NCBI GenBank assembly: GCA_034411715.1
Contig: DAOUMJ010000209.1
Span: forward strand, 11,604 to 75,603
Direction: 5' to 3'
Source: Anaerolineales bacterium
Lineage (GTDB): Bacteria > Chloroflexota > Anaerolineae > Anaerolineales > Villigracilaceae
Length of the DNA: 64,000 nt
In this document: positions 1 to 9,478 of the stretch, in pieces
How positions within the stretch are numbered: the stretch's first letter is position 1
Layout: every line of letters starts with the position of its first letter
The notes under the pieces: generated by a model
Databases searched by the model: none
Told to the model about the DNA's origin: nothing
Seen by the model: the letters and a program-made list of their open reading frames with translations, nothing else
Position numbers and translations under genes: made by a program

Positions 1-2502
1 CTGCACGCGCGCTTCCACGAGGACTTCGGCGCCATCGTGGACAAGGTGCAAGTGACCATCGTCACCGAGCCCGCGCTCCACGCCGAATGGCTGGAGAAGG
101 CGCGCGCCGCCTACGACTTCCGCAACAAACGTCTCGCCGACCTGACCGACGACAAAGTGGAAGAGTTCTACTCCTGCACATTATGCCAATCTTTTGCGCC
201 GAATCATGTTTGCGTGGTCTCGCCCGAACGACTCGGTTTGTGCGGCGCGTACAACTGGCTGGACTGCAAAGCCTCGTTCAGCATCAACCCGACGGGTCCT
301 AACCAGCCGATCAAACTCGGCAAATTACTGGATGATCGCAAAGGCTACTGGCAAGGCACAAACGACTACGCCCAGATCGGTTCGCATGGCGTGGTACAGG
401 AAGTCTCGATGTATTCCATCATGGAGAATCCGATGACGGCCTGCCTGACCGAAGACGCCGAGGTTTTGATAGATGGGCGATTGACAAAGATCGGCGATTT
501 CGTCAACGCGTATCGCGATCAAACCGAAACGGACTCCGAAGTCTCCAGACTTCGGAACATCCAACGACTGGAGTCGTTGGACTCCGAATTCAAGTTGGAC
601 TCCGAATTCAAGTTGCATACGTTGAACGAAGGCGGCAGGCTGGCGCAAAGCAAACTGCTGGGCGTCCACAAGAATCCCGCGCCCGAAGAGTTGATCCGCC
701 TCGAAACCAAATCGGGATTGGAACTGATCCTGACGCCCAATCACGAAGTCGCGGTGGACCGCTGGGGGCAGAACGGCCACGGTCCCTGGGCGCGCGCCGA
801 CGCGCTGCGCGCGGGCGACCGTCTCTACGCCCTCAAGCATCTGCGCCTCGAAGGAAAGATTCCGCTGACGATTGACCTCCTGCCCGACGATTGCCGCGTA
901 GCGGACGAATCATTGTTGAACGAAATCCGCGAATCCATGCTGGCGCGTTATGGCTCGCTCGCGGCGGCATATCGAACGTTGGGATTGGAGCAACCCAGCC
1001 CGCGCGTAACTTCCATGACAATGAAAGACCTGCGCCATATCGTTGAACAGTTAGGAAATTCCTGGGACGAGTTCAAGCGCAACATCACCACCGTCGCGCC
1101 GAGCAGCGGGCAACCGCGCATGAGACTGCCCGAGATTACTCCCGACTTGCTGTATCTATTGGGTCTGATCGCCTCAGACGGCTCCCTGGGTTGGAAAGGC
1201 CGCGACGAGTGCCGCGTCAACTTCACCAACGCCGAAGCGGGATTGCTGGAAGCCTTCGCCGAAATTTACGCGAGTCACTTCCCCGAAGCCGCGCTCGGAA
1301 AACGCGCCAAGCGCAGCATCGGCAACATTGACGGCCGGCCGATCGTTCCCACACAGGACAGTTTCGATCTCTATGGCAACAACTTCCTCCTGGGATTGAT
1401 GGCTGAAAGTCTCGGCGTGCGGATGCGCGGCGAGCAGGCATGGGATCTGGCGCGCCTGGTTTCCCTGCCCGAAGAACACATCGCCGCGTTCCTGTCAGGC
1501 GTTCTCGACGGCGACGGTTCCGTGCGGCTGCGCGCAGGAACGTGGACAACCGCGGAGTGTTATCTCAGCCACCAGGATAAACAGGCCGCGCATCACCTGC
1601 ATACGTTGTTGAAGCGCTTGGGCGTCGTCAGCGCGCTGCGAAAAGATCGTTCGGTCTATCGTGTGGAAATGCACGGCGCGAACCTGCGCCGCTTCGCCGA
1701 AATGTCCCGCTCGCGCCATCCGCAAAAACGCGCGACGCTGGAGCAAATCGCCGCCCTGCCCAAAAACGGACTCGACAAGGGACAGGATCAAGTCCTGCCC
1801 TACAAGGCTGGCAAGGCGCTGGCGGAATTGCAGGAAAGCCACGCCGTCCTCAGCCCGTCCACGCTGTTCTATTACAAGACGGGACGCTCGCGCCCTGTGG
1901 CGGATAACCTCCGCCTGGTGATCGAGGAAGCCCCCGAGACCTCCGCCGCGCTCGCGCCCCTGCTGGAAACCGATTTCTTCCTCGATACGATCGCTCGCGT
2001 TGAAACCGTGAAAAACGACGGCAAGTACGATTACGTTTACAACGCCAGCCTGCTCGACATCAACAGTTACATCGCCAACGGCATTCACGTCAAGAACTGT
2101 GGCTGCTTCGAATGCATCGTCATGCTCATCCCCGAAGCCAATGGCGTGATGGTCGTCAGCCGCGAGGATACGGCCATGACTCCCGCAGGCATGACCTTCT
2201 CGACCCTCGCGGGCATCGCGGGCGGCGGACTCCAAACCCCGGGCGTGATGGGCGTCGGCAAGTTCTACCTGATCAGCCCCAAGTTCATCTCATCCGACGG
2301 CGGCTTCAAGCGCGTGGTGTGGATGTCGTCGGTGCTGAAACAGTCCATGGCCGATGAGTTCAAGGCCGTCTGCGAACGCGAAGGCGACCCCGACTTTATG
2401 GAGAGAATCGCGGACGCCAGCACCGCTACCACCGTGGATGAACTGCTCGCCTTCCTCGAGGCGCACAATCATCCGGCGATGGCGATGGAGCCGATGTTCT
2501 AG
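1..2502 (+). CDS. acsB: Acetyl-CoA synthase AcsB, C-terminal part (5' end lies outside the window), interrupted by an intein. Extein = 1..441 + 2098..2502.
   Basis: Frame 1 is open from nt 1 (LHARFHEDFGAIV...), stop TAG at 2500-2502. A-cluster cubane motif 'C-TL-C-QSFAPNHV-C-VVSPERLGL-C-G'. Then 'SMYSIMENPMTA' | 552-aa insert | 'CGCFECIVM' (the Cys-Gly-Cys Ni motif). Confidence 0.95.
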   Translation: MHARFHEDFGAIVDKVQVTIVTEPALHAEWLEKARAAYDFRNKRLADLTDDKVEEFYSCTLCQSFAPNHVCVVSPERLGLCGAYNWLDCKASFSINPTGPNQPIKLGKLLDDRKGYWQGTNDYAQIGSHGVVQEVSMYSIMENPMTACLTEDAEVLIDGRLTKIGDFVNAYRDQTETDSEVSRLRNIQRLESLDSEFKLDSEFKLHTLNEGGRLAQSKLLGVHKNPAPEELIRLETKSGLELILTPNHEVAVDRWGQNGHGPWARADALRAGDRLYALKHLRLEGKIPLTIDLLPDDCRVADESLLNEIRESMLARYGSLAAAYRTLGLEQPSPRVTSMTMKDLRHIVEQLGNSWDEFKRNITTVAPSSGQPRMRLPEITPDLLYLLGLIASDGSLGWKGRDECRVNFTNAEAGLLEAFAEIYASHFPEAALGKRAKRSIGNIDGRPIVPTQDSFDLYGNNFLLGLMAESLGVRMRGEQAWDLARLVSLPEEHIAAFLSGVLDGDGSVRLRAGTWTTAECYLSHQDKQAAHHLHTLLKRLGVVSALRKDRSVYRVEMHGANLRRFAEMSRSRHPQKRATLEQIAALPKNGLDKGQDQVLPYKAGKALAELQESHAVLSPSTLFYYKTGRSRPVADNLRLVIEEAPETSAALAPLLETDFFLDTIARVETVKNDGKYDYVYNASLLDINSYIANGIHVKNCGCFECIVMLIPEANGVMVVSREDTAMTPAGMTFSTLAGIAGGGLQTPGVMGVGKFYLISPKFISSDGGFKRVVWMSSVLKQSMADEFKAVCEREGDPDFMERIADASTATTVDELLAFLEAHNHPAMAMEPMF
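442..2097 (+). mobile_element. Full-size intein (552 aa) with a LAGLIDADG homing-endonuclease domain inside acsB
   Basis: Starts with Cys ('CLTEDAEVLIDGRLTKIGDFV', block A). Block B 'LILTPNHEVAV'. Two LAGLIDADG motifs ('LLYLLGLIASDGSL', 'AAFLSGVLDGDGSV'). Ends '...SYIANGIHVKN' followed by the +1 Cys of 'CGCFEC'. Confidence 0.9.
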
Positions 2503-2552
2503 GTAGACCCGTAGACAGGTACACAGGTAACATATTCGGCCTGTGTACCTGT
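2503..2552. repeat. GTACACAG-family hairpin element after acsB
   Basis: 8-nt units GTAGACCC/GTAGACAG/GTACACAG. Stem ACAGGTACACAGG (2515-2527) pairs with CCTGTGTACCTGT (2540-2552). Confidence 0.85.
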
Positions 2553-2576
2553 TTCGTATGCGCAAAACGATACACC

Positions 2577-3545
2577 ATGAACACCAAATTCCTTTTCGCA
2601 AGCGACCTGATAAGGAAATCCCTGCTGATAAAAATTCTGGCAGTTGCTCTGCTTGTTTTGTTGTTATGCAAACTGCCGGGGGAAATTCTTTTTTGGGTGT
2701 TATGCGCGGAACAGGATCGTGACATACCGCCCAATACCGAGGTAATCGTCTCCGCCTGTAAACGTCCAATTGCGATTGGAGTACCTGGCGGTGATGCATT
2801 GTTTGTACGTGAGGAAAGCAGTAGCAAGATATACCTTCTTGATTTGCGCACCAAGGAAAAAAGAAAAGTCCCTAATGATCCGCTATTGGAGAACAAAGGC
2901 ATATTTCTCAGTTCCGAACTAGTTTGGTTGGAAGGCAGCCTAGTGTCACCAGGCGAACCAGGATATAGGCCGCACTACATTCTAGATTTGACTAACGGTC
3001 AGCGATATGAATTGCTCGATTTGGATTTGCTTCCACGTCTCGAAGGCGGCAAGTTTGATTCCAAAAACTATGTCTACATCCAGTCTGCGGAGCGGGTTTT
3101 CCTTCATCACACGGAAAACACCTTAATCGCCTTATCATCGGATTTTCGCACCAACCAAAGTGAAAGACTTATATTTTCTGGCTATTCTATTGCTACTGAG
3201 AACGGCAAAGGGCTCGAGGAACTCCTGGAAGCCCTAGGAATTAATTACGAGATTGTAGATCTGTCCACAACACGCTACGCCGACATTCCTTCGCCAACCG
3301 GTAGATATGTCGTTCGAAATGATGGCATTTACCTTTCCAGCACCAATACCTCGGTTGTGACTCGTGAGTATACAGGTGGCGTTTTCATGGGCGGTTATTT
3401 TAAGGGTTGGTATTATGATGAAAGCGCTGTGGTTGTTCAGGAAAATCCAAACTATTTAATTGTCATCAGTTTCGGCTCTTCTTTCGTTCCTGTCCCACGT
3501 CCGATTCTCAAACTTCATCTGCCTATATCGCCCATTGCCGATTAG
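2577..3545 (+). CDS. Hypothetical membrane-anchored protein (322 aa) in an AT-richer island
   Basis: Long ORF with an N-terminal hydrophobic segment ('LLIKILAVALLVLLLC'). No recognisable catalytic motif. Composition is visibly AT-richer than the flanking acs genes. Confidence 0.6.
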   Translation: MNTKFLFASDLIRKSLLIKILAVALLVLLLCKLPGEILFWVLCAEQDRDIPPNTEVIVSACKRPIAIGVPGGDALFVREESSSKIYLLDLRTKEKRKVPNDPLLENKGIFLSSELVWLEGSLVSPGEPGYRPHYILDLTNGQRYELLDLDLLPRLEGGKFDSKNYVYIQSAERVFLHHTENTLIALSSDFRTNQSERLIFSGYSIATENGKGLEELLEALGINYEIVDLSTTRYADIPSPTGRYVVRNDGIYLSSTNTSVVTREYTGGVFMGGYFKGWYYDESAVVVQENPNYLIVISFGSSFVPVPRPILKLHLPISPIAD

Positions 3546-3640
3546 CAAGTAACCCTACAGACTCTTTGCGAATGGATGCGAGTATCACATGGGCCGCTTC
3601 GGCGCAGAAAAGCAACAAGCCAAACGACTTGGAGGATGAA

Positions 3641-6600
3641 ATGGAAACACGTCGCACTGGTTTCAAACGGACAGTTGTTATCTTTGTCTTTGCCGTGTTT
3701 ATTCTATTTTTATTCATGATTCCACCAGTGTTTGCCCAAGGAGAAAACCCATCAACACCCACTCCTTACGGTACTATGCCACCCTTCCCTGACACTACTC
3801 CGGAACCCTTCTTTATGCCAGAAATTCCACAAGAAAGCCCTATTCAATCACTAAACCAGATGGAATCTACTGCTCCATTAGGTGGAGATTGGGCCGCGCA
3901 AGTCAACATTTCAGACACAGCAGACGAATCCACCAATCCCAAAATAGCAACGGACAACAACGGAATTTTGCATTTTGTTTGGAGAGAAACTGTCGGCGGA
4001 AAGCAGGAAATCTTTTACAGCCGAATTACCGGTCTCGCCCAATCCATGCCAGTCAACGTTTCCAACAGCCCATCCTTCAACTCAGATTCTCCACAAATTG
4101 TGGCTGACAGCATTGGAACAGCACACATTGTCTGGCAGGAGGAGGATAACGACCACGCTGATGATTTCGAGACGCTCTATAGTCGATGCGATGAATCTGG
4201 TTGCACACCCCCAATGATATTGTCAGACGGTAATGTTTGTAGTTCGTACAGCGGTGATTGGAAGGCTGTTACTCCCACAATAGGGATTAACACAGATAAC
4301 AATTTAATAGTCGCATGGATATCATACGAACCAAACCCGAAGAATTACTTGATGTATAGCATCTGGCCAGCATCAAGTTCGCCTCCCACAAATCGAACGG
4401 GATGTCATCCTTATGCTGGATTAATTGGTTTGCCGTTGGTAGCAGGAGATTCGAACGGAAATTTCCATTTGGTTATGCTGGATTATAGTTTTAACGTGTA
4501 TTACAGTAGCAGTAGTAGCGGAAGTTGGACGTCTATTCAAAACATAGGAACGGGATATTACCCGGTAATCTTCATTGATGAAAATAACAAGATTCATACG
4601 GCTTGGTCAGACTACAACAGTATTACTCCACTCTATCGAAGCAGGGAGGGAGCGTCTTGGTCATCGCCAGAGACTGCAATCAGCAATGCACAATGCTATC
4701 AGACTAGCCTTGCAACTGACCAGGACAATCTGCCTCGACTGGTCTGTGCTGGATATGGAACTATCTATGAAACCTCCCGCCAGCCTACTGGATGGACAGA
4801 GGCGACGAACGTTATAGGTGACGAAGCAACACCGAGCCAGCCTAATCTTGCGAAGGATATTAACGGTAATTTACATTTAGTGTGGAGCGATGTTCGCACA
4901 GGAAACAGGGAGACATTTTATTCACCTACCTACAACTGCGAAGGCATTGAACCTGCGACAACAGCTGGGCAAGCGGTTTTGGATGTTTTGGAAAGTGATT
5001 TGAGAAACAGACCATTCCTAAACTACTGCAAAAACCTGGTTGAGGAAATAATCTTAGTCCCCGCTCCCGGTGGACAGGATGATCCTAAGGAGGCTTTTAA
5101 ACAGTGGGCAGACCTCGCTAGTTCCGCCGCCCACGAAGTTGCTTTTACAGTCATGTTTTGGGACAGGGGCAGCCCTGGAGAGATTGTACTTCAAGGAATA
5201 AGGAGCCTTTATGATAAGGTAATAAATCCATCGACTACCATTGGGTATCCACACGGCATGACAGTGCGCATCTTGTTGGGCGTGAAAGTAAATGCAATTG
5301 CTCCCCCTTGGCCGGACCAAAGGGATTCTGTTTTACGCGAATTGCAAAACCAAGATATTCCAATTTATAAGACCTTACCTGATGGGCGTGTTTGGAAAAT
5401 CCAAGTGGGTGTATACCGAGAAGGCCTTCAATGGAGTAAATCGCCGGGAGCCTATAGTCACGTCAAATTAATGGTCGTAGACAGTAATAAAATGATTGTT
5501 TCTGGCTATCATCCTCAATATGCATTTCAGACCGCTGAAAATGGAGAGGCCGATTACCATGATTTGGGAATAAAAGTCGCCGGCCCTATTGCTGCAAACG
5601 GGATGGCAGTTTTCGACTCTTTATGGGCTGATAGCGAGATTAAATGTACCGAAGAAGGTGCTTGGATAATTGACAATGATCTCTCTTTAGATCTATGCGG
5701 CGAACCTGGGCTTGGGGAGAATCCAACACATTGGTTCTTTGTTCCAACTGGAGATGACATTGCCCTACCGCTATATCGCGACCTTACTCAAAAAGTAGCG
5801 GACATGGCTGTGGAGCAAGCGATTAAGTCTGCAAATACTCAAGTCTATGTTATCCAGAACCGCGTTGGGGTATCTGGAAATTTTCCTGTTTTATCTTACG
5901 GAGAAGATGGGTGGCTGAATTATGCGAACGCACTTCTTAAAGAAGCATTGGAGAATACGGAAGTTCGCATCCTCTTTTCCAGAGACACAGCCAATTTTTA
6001 CTATAACCTTCCTTCCATGTTAAATTTCATGGATAAATATTATCAAGAGGGAGGACAGGAAGAGGAATGGAATATCTTTAGATTTTATCACCCGGAGGGA
6101 TATAACCTCTTTACCCAGATTGGACTACACGCCAAAACTTTCATGATCGACGGAGAATTTCTTGTCATTGGGAGCCAGAATTTCGATCACTCTGCATTTG
6201 GTAGTTCTCGCGATGATTTAGATTTGGTAGAGTATAGCCTGGGAATAGAAGACAGTACTACTATCATAAATATAAAGCAAGATTATTATTCAGATGCCCT
6301 GTGGAATTCATCTATTGGTCCGGAGGTAATCAGCCCGGAAGATTCTTTCAAAGCAAGCGTTGAACAGGCCAGCCCCGGGGCAATTATTTTTATGAAGCCG
6401 GGATACTATGAGATTTCCAGTCCAGTAACGATTCCCGAAGGAGTTACAGTCGTTGGCTTGGATGCGGTCATCAGGCCATCAGTTTATTTCGTTGGACAAA
6501 CAGAGACGTTCAAGCTGGCTGCGCCCAATTTTGCTTCCACTCCTGCTCCACTATTGCACATTACTGGCAGTAACGTGACATTGATTGGGTTGACTCTTCA

Positions 6601-7783
6601 GAACAGTTCTGGTTATGCTATTGAAATTGGAGATGGAAGTACAGCAATTGAGAACGTTTATTTGTCTCGATTGGTTTTTGAAAACAACGCATTGGGCGGC
6701 GTTCATGTTCAAGGCCCCGCCGATGGCGGCCTTGCCGACTACACAATTGAAAATAACACCTTTGTGGGCGGCGGTTCCGGGGTGACAATCACAGCCAGTG
6801 CAACTGCAACTGGGATCATCCGTAATAACATCTTTGCCGGGCAAAGCCTCGCGCCAGTACAGATAACCTCTGAGAATGATGGAAATGTCGAGTATAATTA
6901 TAACCTGTTTTACGCTTGCGCGAGCGGCGGTTGCGCGGACAATTGGCACATTGGAAACCTGGGAGTTGGTTCGAACGCACATGACAACCTCTTTGACCTA
7001 AATCCGCTGTTCGCCAATCCCGCATTTGGAGATTACCATCTCTCTTCTGCCTCGCCCGCGATAGATATTGGCGATCCGGACATTTTGAACGATCTGGTCT
7101 ACGATGGGAATGGCGACGGTTTGCCGCGCATTGACATGGGAGCATTCGAATACTTGGGAGAATCTGGCGGGCCTACGCCAACTGTGGCTCCTTCGCCTAC
7201 ACTAACGGCAACTCCGACGCTTACATGGACACCCATATTTACCTTCACACCAACATTGACCCGGACGCCTACCTCTACTTTCACACCGACGCCAAGCCCA
7301 ACACCGACCTTGACTCGAACATCTACAGCAACTTTCACGCCAACAGTGAGCCTAACACCGACTTTCACACTGACATCGAGCCCAACACCGACCAAAACCT
7401 CGCCCCCTACAAGTTCGCCGACACAAACTGGCCTATATCAATTCACTGGGTTTTTCCCGCCGGTTGATAACCAGCCGATTCTAAATGAATTGAAAGCCGG
7501 AAGCGCCGTACCGATCAAGTTCAGTTTGGGCGGCTATCAGGGCATGAATATCTTGGCCGAGGGTTATCCAGTCTCTGGCATAGTAACTTGCGGTTTCTCC
7601 ATCGTGGACGCCATTGAGCAGACGGTCACTGCGGAATCAAGTAGTCTCTCTTACGATGCCTCGTACAACCAATATATCTACGTCTGGAAAACCAATAGCG
7701 CTTGGTCTGGCGCCTGCCGAACGTTCGTAATGAAACTGCTTGACGGCTCCTACCATCGAGCAGACTTCAAATTCAGAAAGTAG
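3641..7783 (+). CDS. Giant secreted multidomain protein: signal peptide, degenerate propeller repeats, PLD-like domain (2x HKD), right-handed beta-helix, Thr/Pro linker, C-terminal ~115-aa domain
   Basis: Start chosen at ATG 3641 ('[10 protein letters not shown]' plus the hydrophobic '[23 protein letters not shown]'), preceded by GGAGGA at 3631-3636. The ORF track start is 3566. Six to seven ~50-aa repeats ('[21 protein letters not shown]', '[15 protein letters not shown]', '[18 protein letters not shown]'). HKD motifs '[16 protein letters not shown]' (from 5459) and '[20 protein letters not shown]' (from 6128). Beta-helix repeats ('[13 protein letters not shown]', 'IRNNIFAG'). TP-rich linker ~7165-7420. 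The C-terminal domain carries 'PIKF'. Confidence 0.8.
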   Translation: METRRTGFKRTVVIFVFAVFILFLFMIPPVFAQGENPSTPTPYGTMPPFPDTTPEPFFMPEIPQESPIQSLNQMESTAPLGGDWAAQVNISDTADESTNPKIATDNNGILHFVWRETVGGKQEIFYSRITGLAQSMPVNVSNSPSFNSDSPQIVADSIGTAHIVWQEEDNDHADDFETLYSRCDESGCTPPMILSDGNVCSSYSGDWKAVTPTIGINTDNNLIVAWISYEPNPKNYLMYSIWPASSSPPTNRTGCHPYAGLIGLPLVAGDSNGNFHLVMLDYSFNVYYSSSSSGSWTSIQNIGTGYYPVIFIDENNKIHTAWSDYNSITPLYRSREGASWSSPETAISNAQCYQTSLATDQDNLPRLVCAGYGTIYETSRQPTGWTEATNVIGDEATPSQPNLAKDINGNLHLVWSDVRTGNRETFYSPTYNCEGIEPATTAGQAVLDVLESDLRNRPFLNYCKNLVEEIILVPAPGGQDDPKEAFKQWADLASSAAHEVAFTVMFWDRGSPGEIVLQGIRSLYDKVINPSTTIGYPHGMTVRILLGVKVNAIAPPWPDQRDSVLRELQNQDIPIYKTLPDGRVWKIQVGVYREGLQWSKSPGAYSHVKLMVVDSNKMIVSGYHPQYAFQTAENGEADYHDLGIKVAGPIAANGMAVFDSLWADSEIKCTEEGAWIIDNDLSLDLCGEPGLGENPTHWFFVPTGDDIALPLYRDLTQKVADMAVEQAIKSANTQVYVIQNRVGVSGNFPVLSYGEDGWLNYANALLKEALENTEVRILFSRDTANFYYNLPSMLNFMDKYYQEGGQEEEWNIFRFYHPEGYNLFTQIGLHAKTFMIDGEFLVIGSQNFDHSAFGSSRDDLDLVEYSLGIEDSTTIINIKQDYYSDALWNSSIGPEVISPEDSFKASVEQASPGAIIFMKPGYYEISSPVTIPEGVTVVGLDAVIRPSVYFVGQTETFKLAAPNFASTPAPLLHITGSNVTLIGLTLQNSSGYAIEIGDGSTAIENVYLSRLVFENNALGGVHVQGPADGGLADYTIENNTFVGGGSGVTITASATATGIIRNNIFAGQSLAPVQITSENDGNVEYNYNLFYACASGGCADNWHIGNLGVGSNAHDNLFDLNPLFANPAFGDYHLSSASPAIDIGDPDILNDLVYDGNGDGLPRIDMGAFEYLGESGGPTPTVAPSPTLTATPTLTWTPIFTFTPTLTRTPTSTFTPTPSPTPTLTRTSTATFTPTVSLTPTFTLTSSPTPTKTSPPTSSPTQTGLYQFTGFFPPVDNQPILNELKAGSAVPIKFSLGGYQGMNILAEGYPVSGIVTCGFSIVDAIEQTVTAESSSLSYDASYNQYIYVWKTNSAWSGACRTFVMKLLDGSYHRADFKFRK

Positions 7784-7788
7784 CTCGG

Positions 7789-8307
7789 ATGCGAGAGATG
7801 ATTCTAGTGGATGCGCCAGTCCTTATTCGCGACCTCATGACTATCGGTGTACCAACTTGCAAGACCACTACTCCGGTTGTTGACATCGCGCGTTTTCTGA
7901 TAGACAATAACGTGGAAGAAATGGTCGTTCTGGGAAGCGAGGGCGAAGGCGTGGGAGTGGTCGGCTACGAGGAATTGGTCACGGCCTATCATCGTGAGAA
8001 CGCCCGCGAGTTGACCGCCGAGGACGTGATGCGCGAAGGCGTGACCGAGTTACCCTCCGACATCCCGCTCACCGTCGCCGCGCAGATGATGAAAGACAAA
8101 GGCGTCCGCGTCGCGTACATGAACCATAATTCGGCAGGCATCATCTATCCCGCCGCGATGATCTCGTACCGCCACATTGTCCGTCATTTGGCCGCGAAAG
8201 ACGAGAGCGAACTGAAAGACTTGGGTCTCGCGGCGGAACGCAAATCACCTGTCGAAGTGTTTGTCGCGCGAAGAGACCAAGCGCGCAAAGAAGCGAAGAT
8301 TACATAG
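7789..8307 (+). CDS. CBS-domain pair protein
   Basis: 172-aa ORF with two CBS-like halves ('IRDLMTIGVPTC...VVDIARFLIDNNVEEMVVL', 'AEDVMREGVTELPSD..PLTVAAQMMKDKGVRVAYM'). Confidence 0.75.
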   Translation: MREMILVDAPVLIRDLMTIGVPTCKTTTPVVDIARFLIDNNVEEMVVLGSEGEGVGVVGYEELVTAYHRENARELTAEDVMREGVTELPSDIPLTVAAQMMKDKGVRVAYMNHNSAGIIYPAAMISYRHIVRHLAAKDESELKDLGLAAERKSPVEVFVARRDQARKEAKIT

Positions 8308-8308
8308 C

Positions 8309-8362
8309 AGTACCGCAAGATTTATCTTGCCTGCTGGTGGGCAACATGAATGTTGCGGTACT
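8309..8362. repeat. ~54-nt double-hairpin element, copy A
   Basis: AGTACCG-CAAGATTTATCTTG-(spacer)-CAACATGAATGTTG-CGGTACT: a 7-bp outer stem enclosing two small hairpins. Confidence 0.8.
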
Positions 8363-8375
8363 ACAAACTGCACAA

Positions 8376-8416
8376 CCTGAAACCTGACACCTGAAACCTG
8401 ACACCGAAACACCACA
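8376..8416. repeat. CCTGAAA/CCTGACA heptamer array upstream of acsD
   Basis: CCTGAAA CCTGACA CCTGAAA CCTGACA CCGAAAC ACCACAC. Confidence 0.8.
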
Positions 8417-8431
8417 CTCACTGGAGGAACA

Positions 8432-9376
8432 ATGCCAATCGAAATCCCAAAGGATAAGTGGCCTGGAAGCGTCCGCACCGTGACCATCGGCGCGACAGCC
8501 GCGGAGGGCGGGACGCGCGCCAAGTCCGTCACTGTCGGCGGCGAGACCACCCTGCCATACATGCACTTCGAAGCGCCCATGCCGAACAAACCCGTGATCG
8601 CCATCGAGATCAAGTCGCGCAAACCCGATGATTGGTCGCCGTTGTTGGCCGAGGCCTGGGGCGAGGCGATGTCCGACCCCGCTCAATGGGCGAAAAAAGC
8701 CGAAGAAGCAGGCGCCGACCTCCTCGTCCTGGCGTTGACGCTGGCCGATTCGCCCGACGACGCGGTGAAGGCCGTCAAGTCGGTCCTCGCCGCGACGGGA
8801 CACCCGCTCGTCGTCTGGGGACCCGGTCAGGCCGAGAAAGACAACGAACTGCTCGTTCCTGTGTCCGAAGCGACGAAGGGCGAGCGGATCGTCCTCGGCA
8901 TTTGCGAAGACAAAAACTACCGCACCATCGTTGCGACCGCCATGGCGAACGGACATCTCGTGCAGGCGCGCACGCCGATGGACGTGAACCTGTCGAAGCA
9001 GTTGAACATCCTCATCAGCGACATGGGCATGCCGAAGGATCGCATCATCATGGACCCGACGACGGGAGCATTGGGTTACGGGATTGAGTACGGCTACTCG
9101 GTGATGGAACGCCTGCGCCTCGCCGCGTTGCAAGGCGACGCGATGACGCAATCGCCGATGCTGGTCACGCCTGGATTCGAAGCGTGGAAAACAAAAGAGG
9201 CGAAAGTCGGCGAGGGCGTCCCCGAAACCTGGGGCGATTGGAAGGGGCGCTCGATCAATTGGGAAACCCTCACCGCCCTCGCGCTGGTCGAATCGGGCGC
9301 GGATATTCTCGTGTTGCGGTATCCCGAGTCGGTCGCGCGAGTGAAGAACGCGATTGAAGAGTTGGTGGTGGCGTGA
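8432..9376 (+). CDS. acsD: Corrinoid iron-sulfur protein small subunit (CFeSP delta, AcsD/CdhD)
   Basis: 'MPIEIPKDKWPGSVRTVTIGAT...TVGGETTLPYMHFE' is a typical AcsD N-terminus. GGAGGA lies upstream. Sits in acs operon context next to acsC. Confidence 0.9.
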   Translation: MPIEIPKDKWPGSVRTVTIGATAAEGGTRAKSVTVGGETTLPYMHFEAPMPNKPVIAIEIKSRKPDDWSPLLAEAWGEAMSDPAQWAKKAEEAGADLLVLALTLADSPDDAVKAVKSVLAATGHPLVVWGPGQAEKDNELLVPVSEATKGERIVLGICEDKNYRTIVATAMANGHLVQARTPMDVNLSKQLNILISDMGMPKDRIIMDPTTGALGYGIEYGYSVMERLRLAALQGDAMTQSPMLVTPGFEAWKTKEAKVGEGVPETWGDWKGRSINWETLTALALVESGADILVLRYPESVARVKNAIEELVVA

Positions 9377-9378
9377 AC

Positions 9379-9468
9379 GTACACAGGTAGACACGTACAC
9401 ACGTAAACATGCGGAACGGAACACGAAACACGCAACACGCACCACATAACTATGTAACCACGTAACTA
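9379..9468. repeat. Direct 8-mer (GTACACAG-type) then 7-mer (GAACACG-type) tandem array, acsD-acsC spacer
   Basis: GTACACAG GTAGACAC GTACACAC GTAAACAT, then GAACACG AAACACG CAACACG CACCACA TAACTAT GTAACCA CGTAACT. Confidence 0.8.
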
Positions 9469-9478
9469 AGGAGTCCCC

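Noticed and set aside
7165-7420. The Thr/Pro-rich nucleotide repeats in the giant secreted protein (and at 44440-44600 in the lipoprotein) as a mobile repeat family.
   Set aside because: They are in-frame coding low-complexity linkers (TPTxT). They have no palindromic structure and no relation to the intergenic families.
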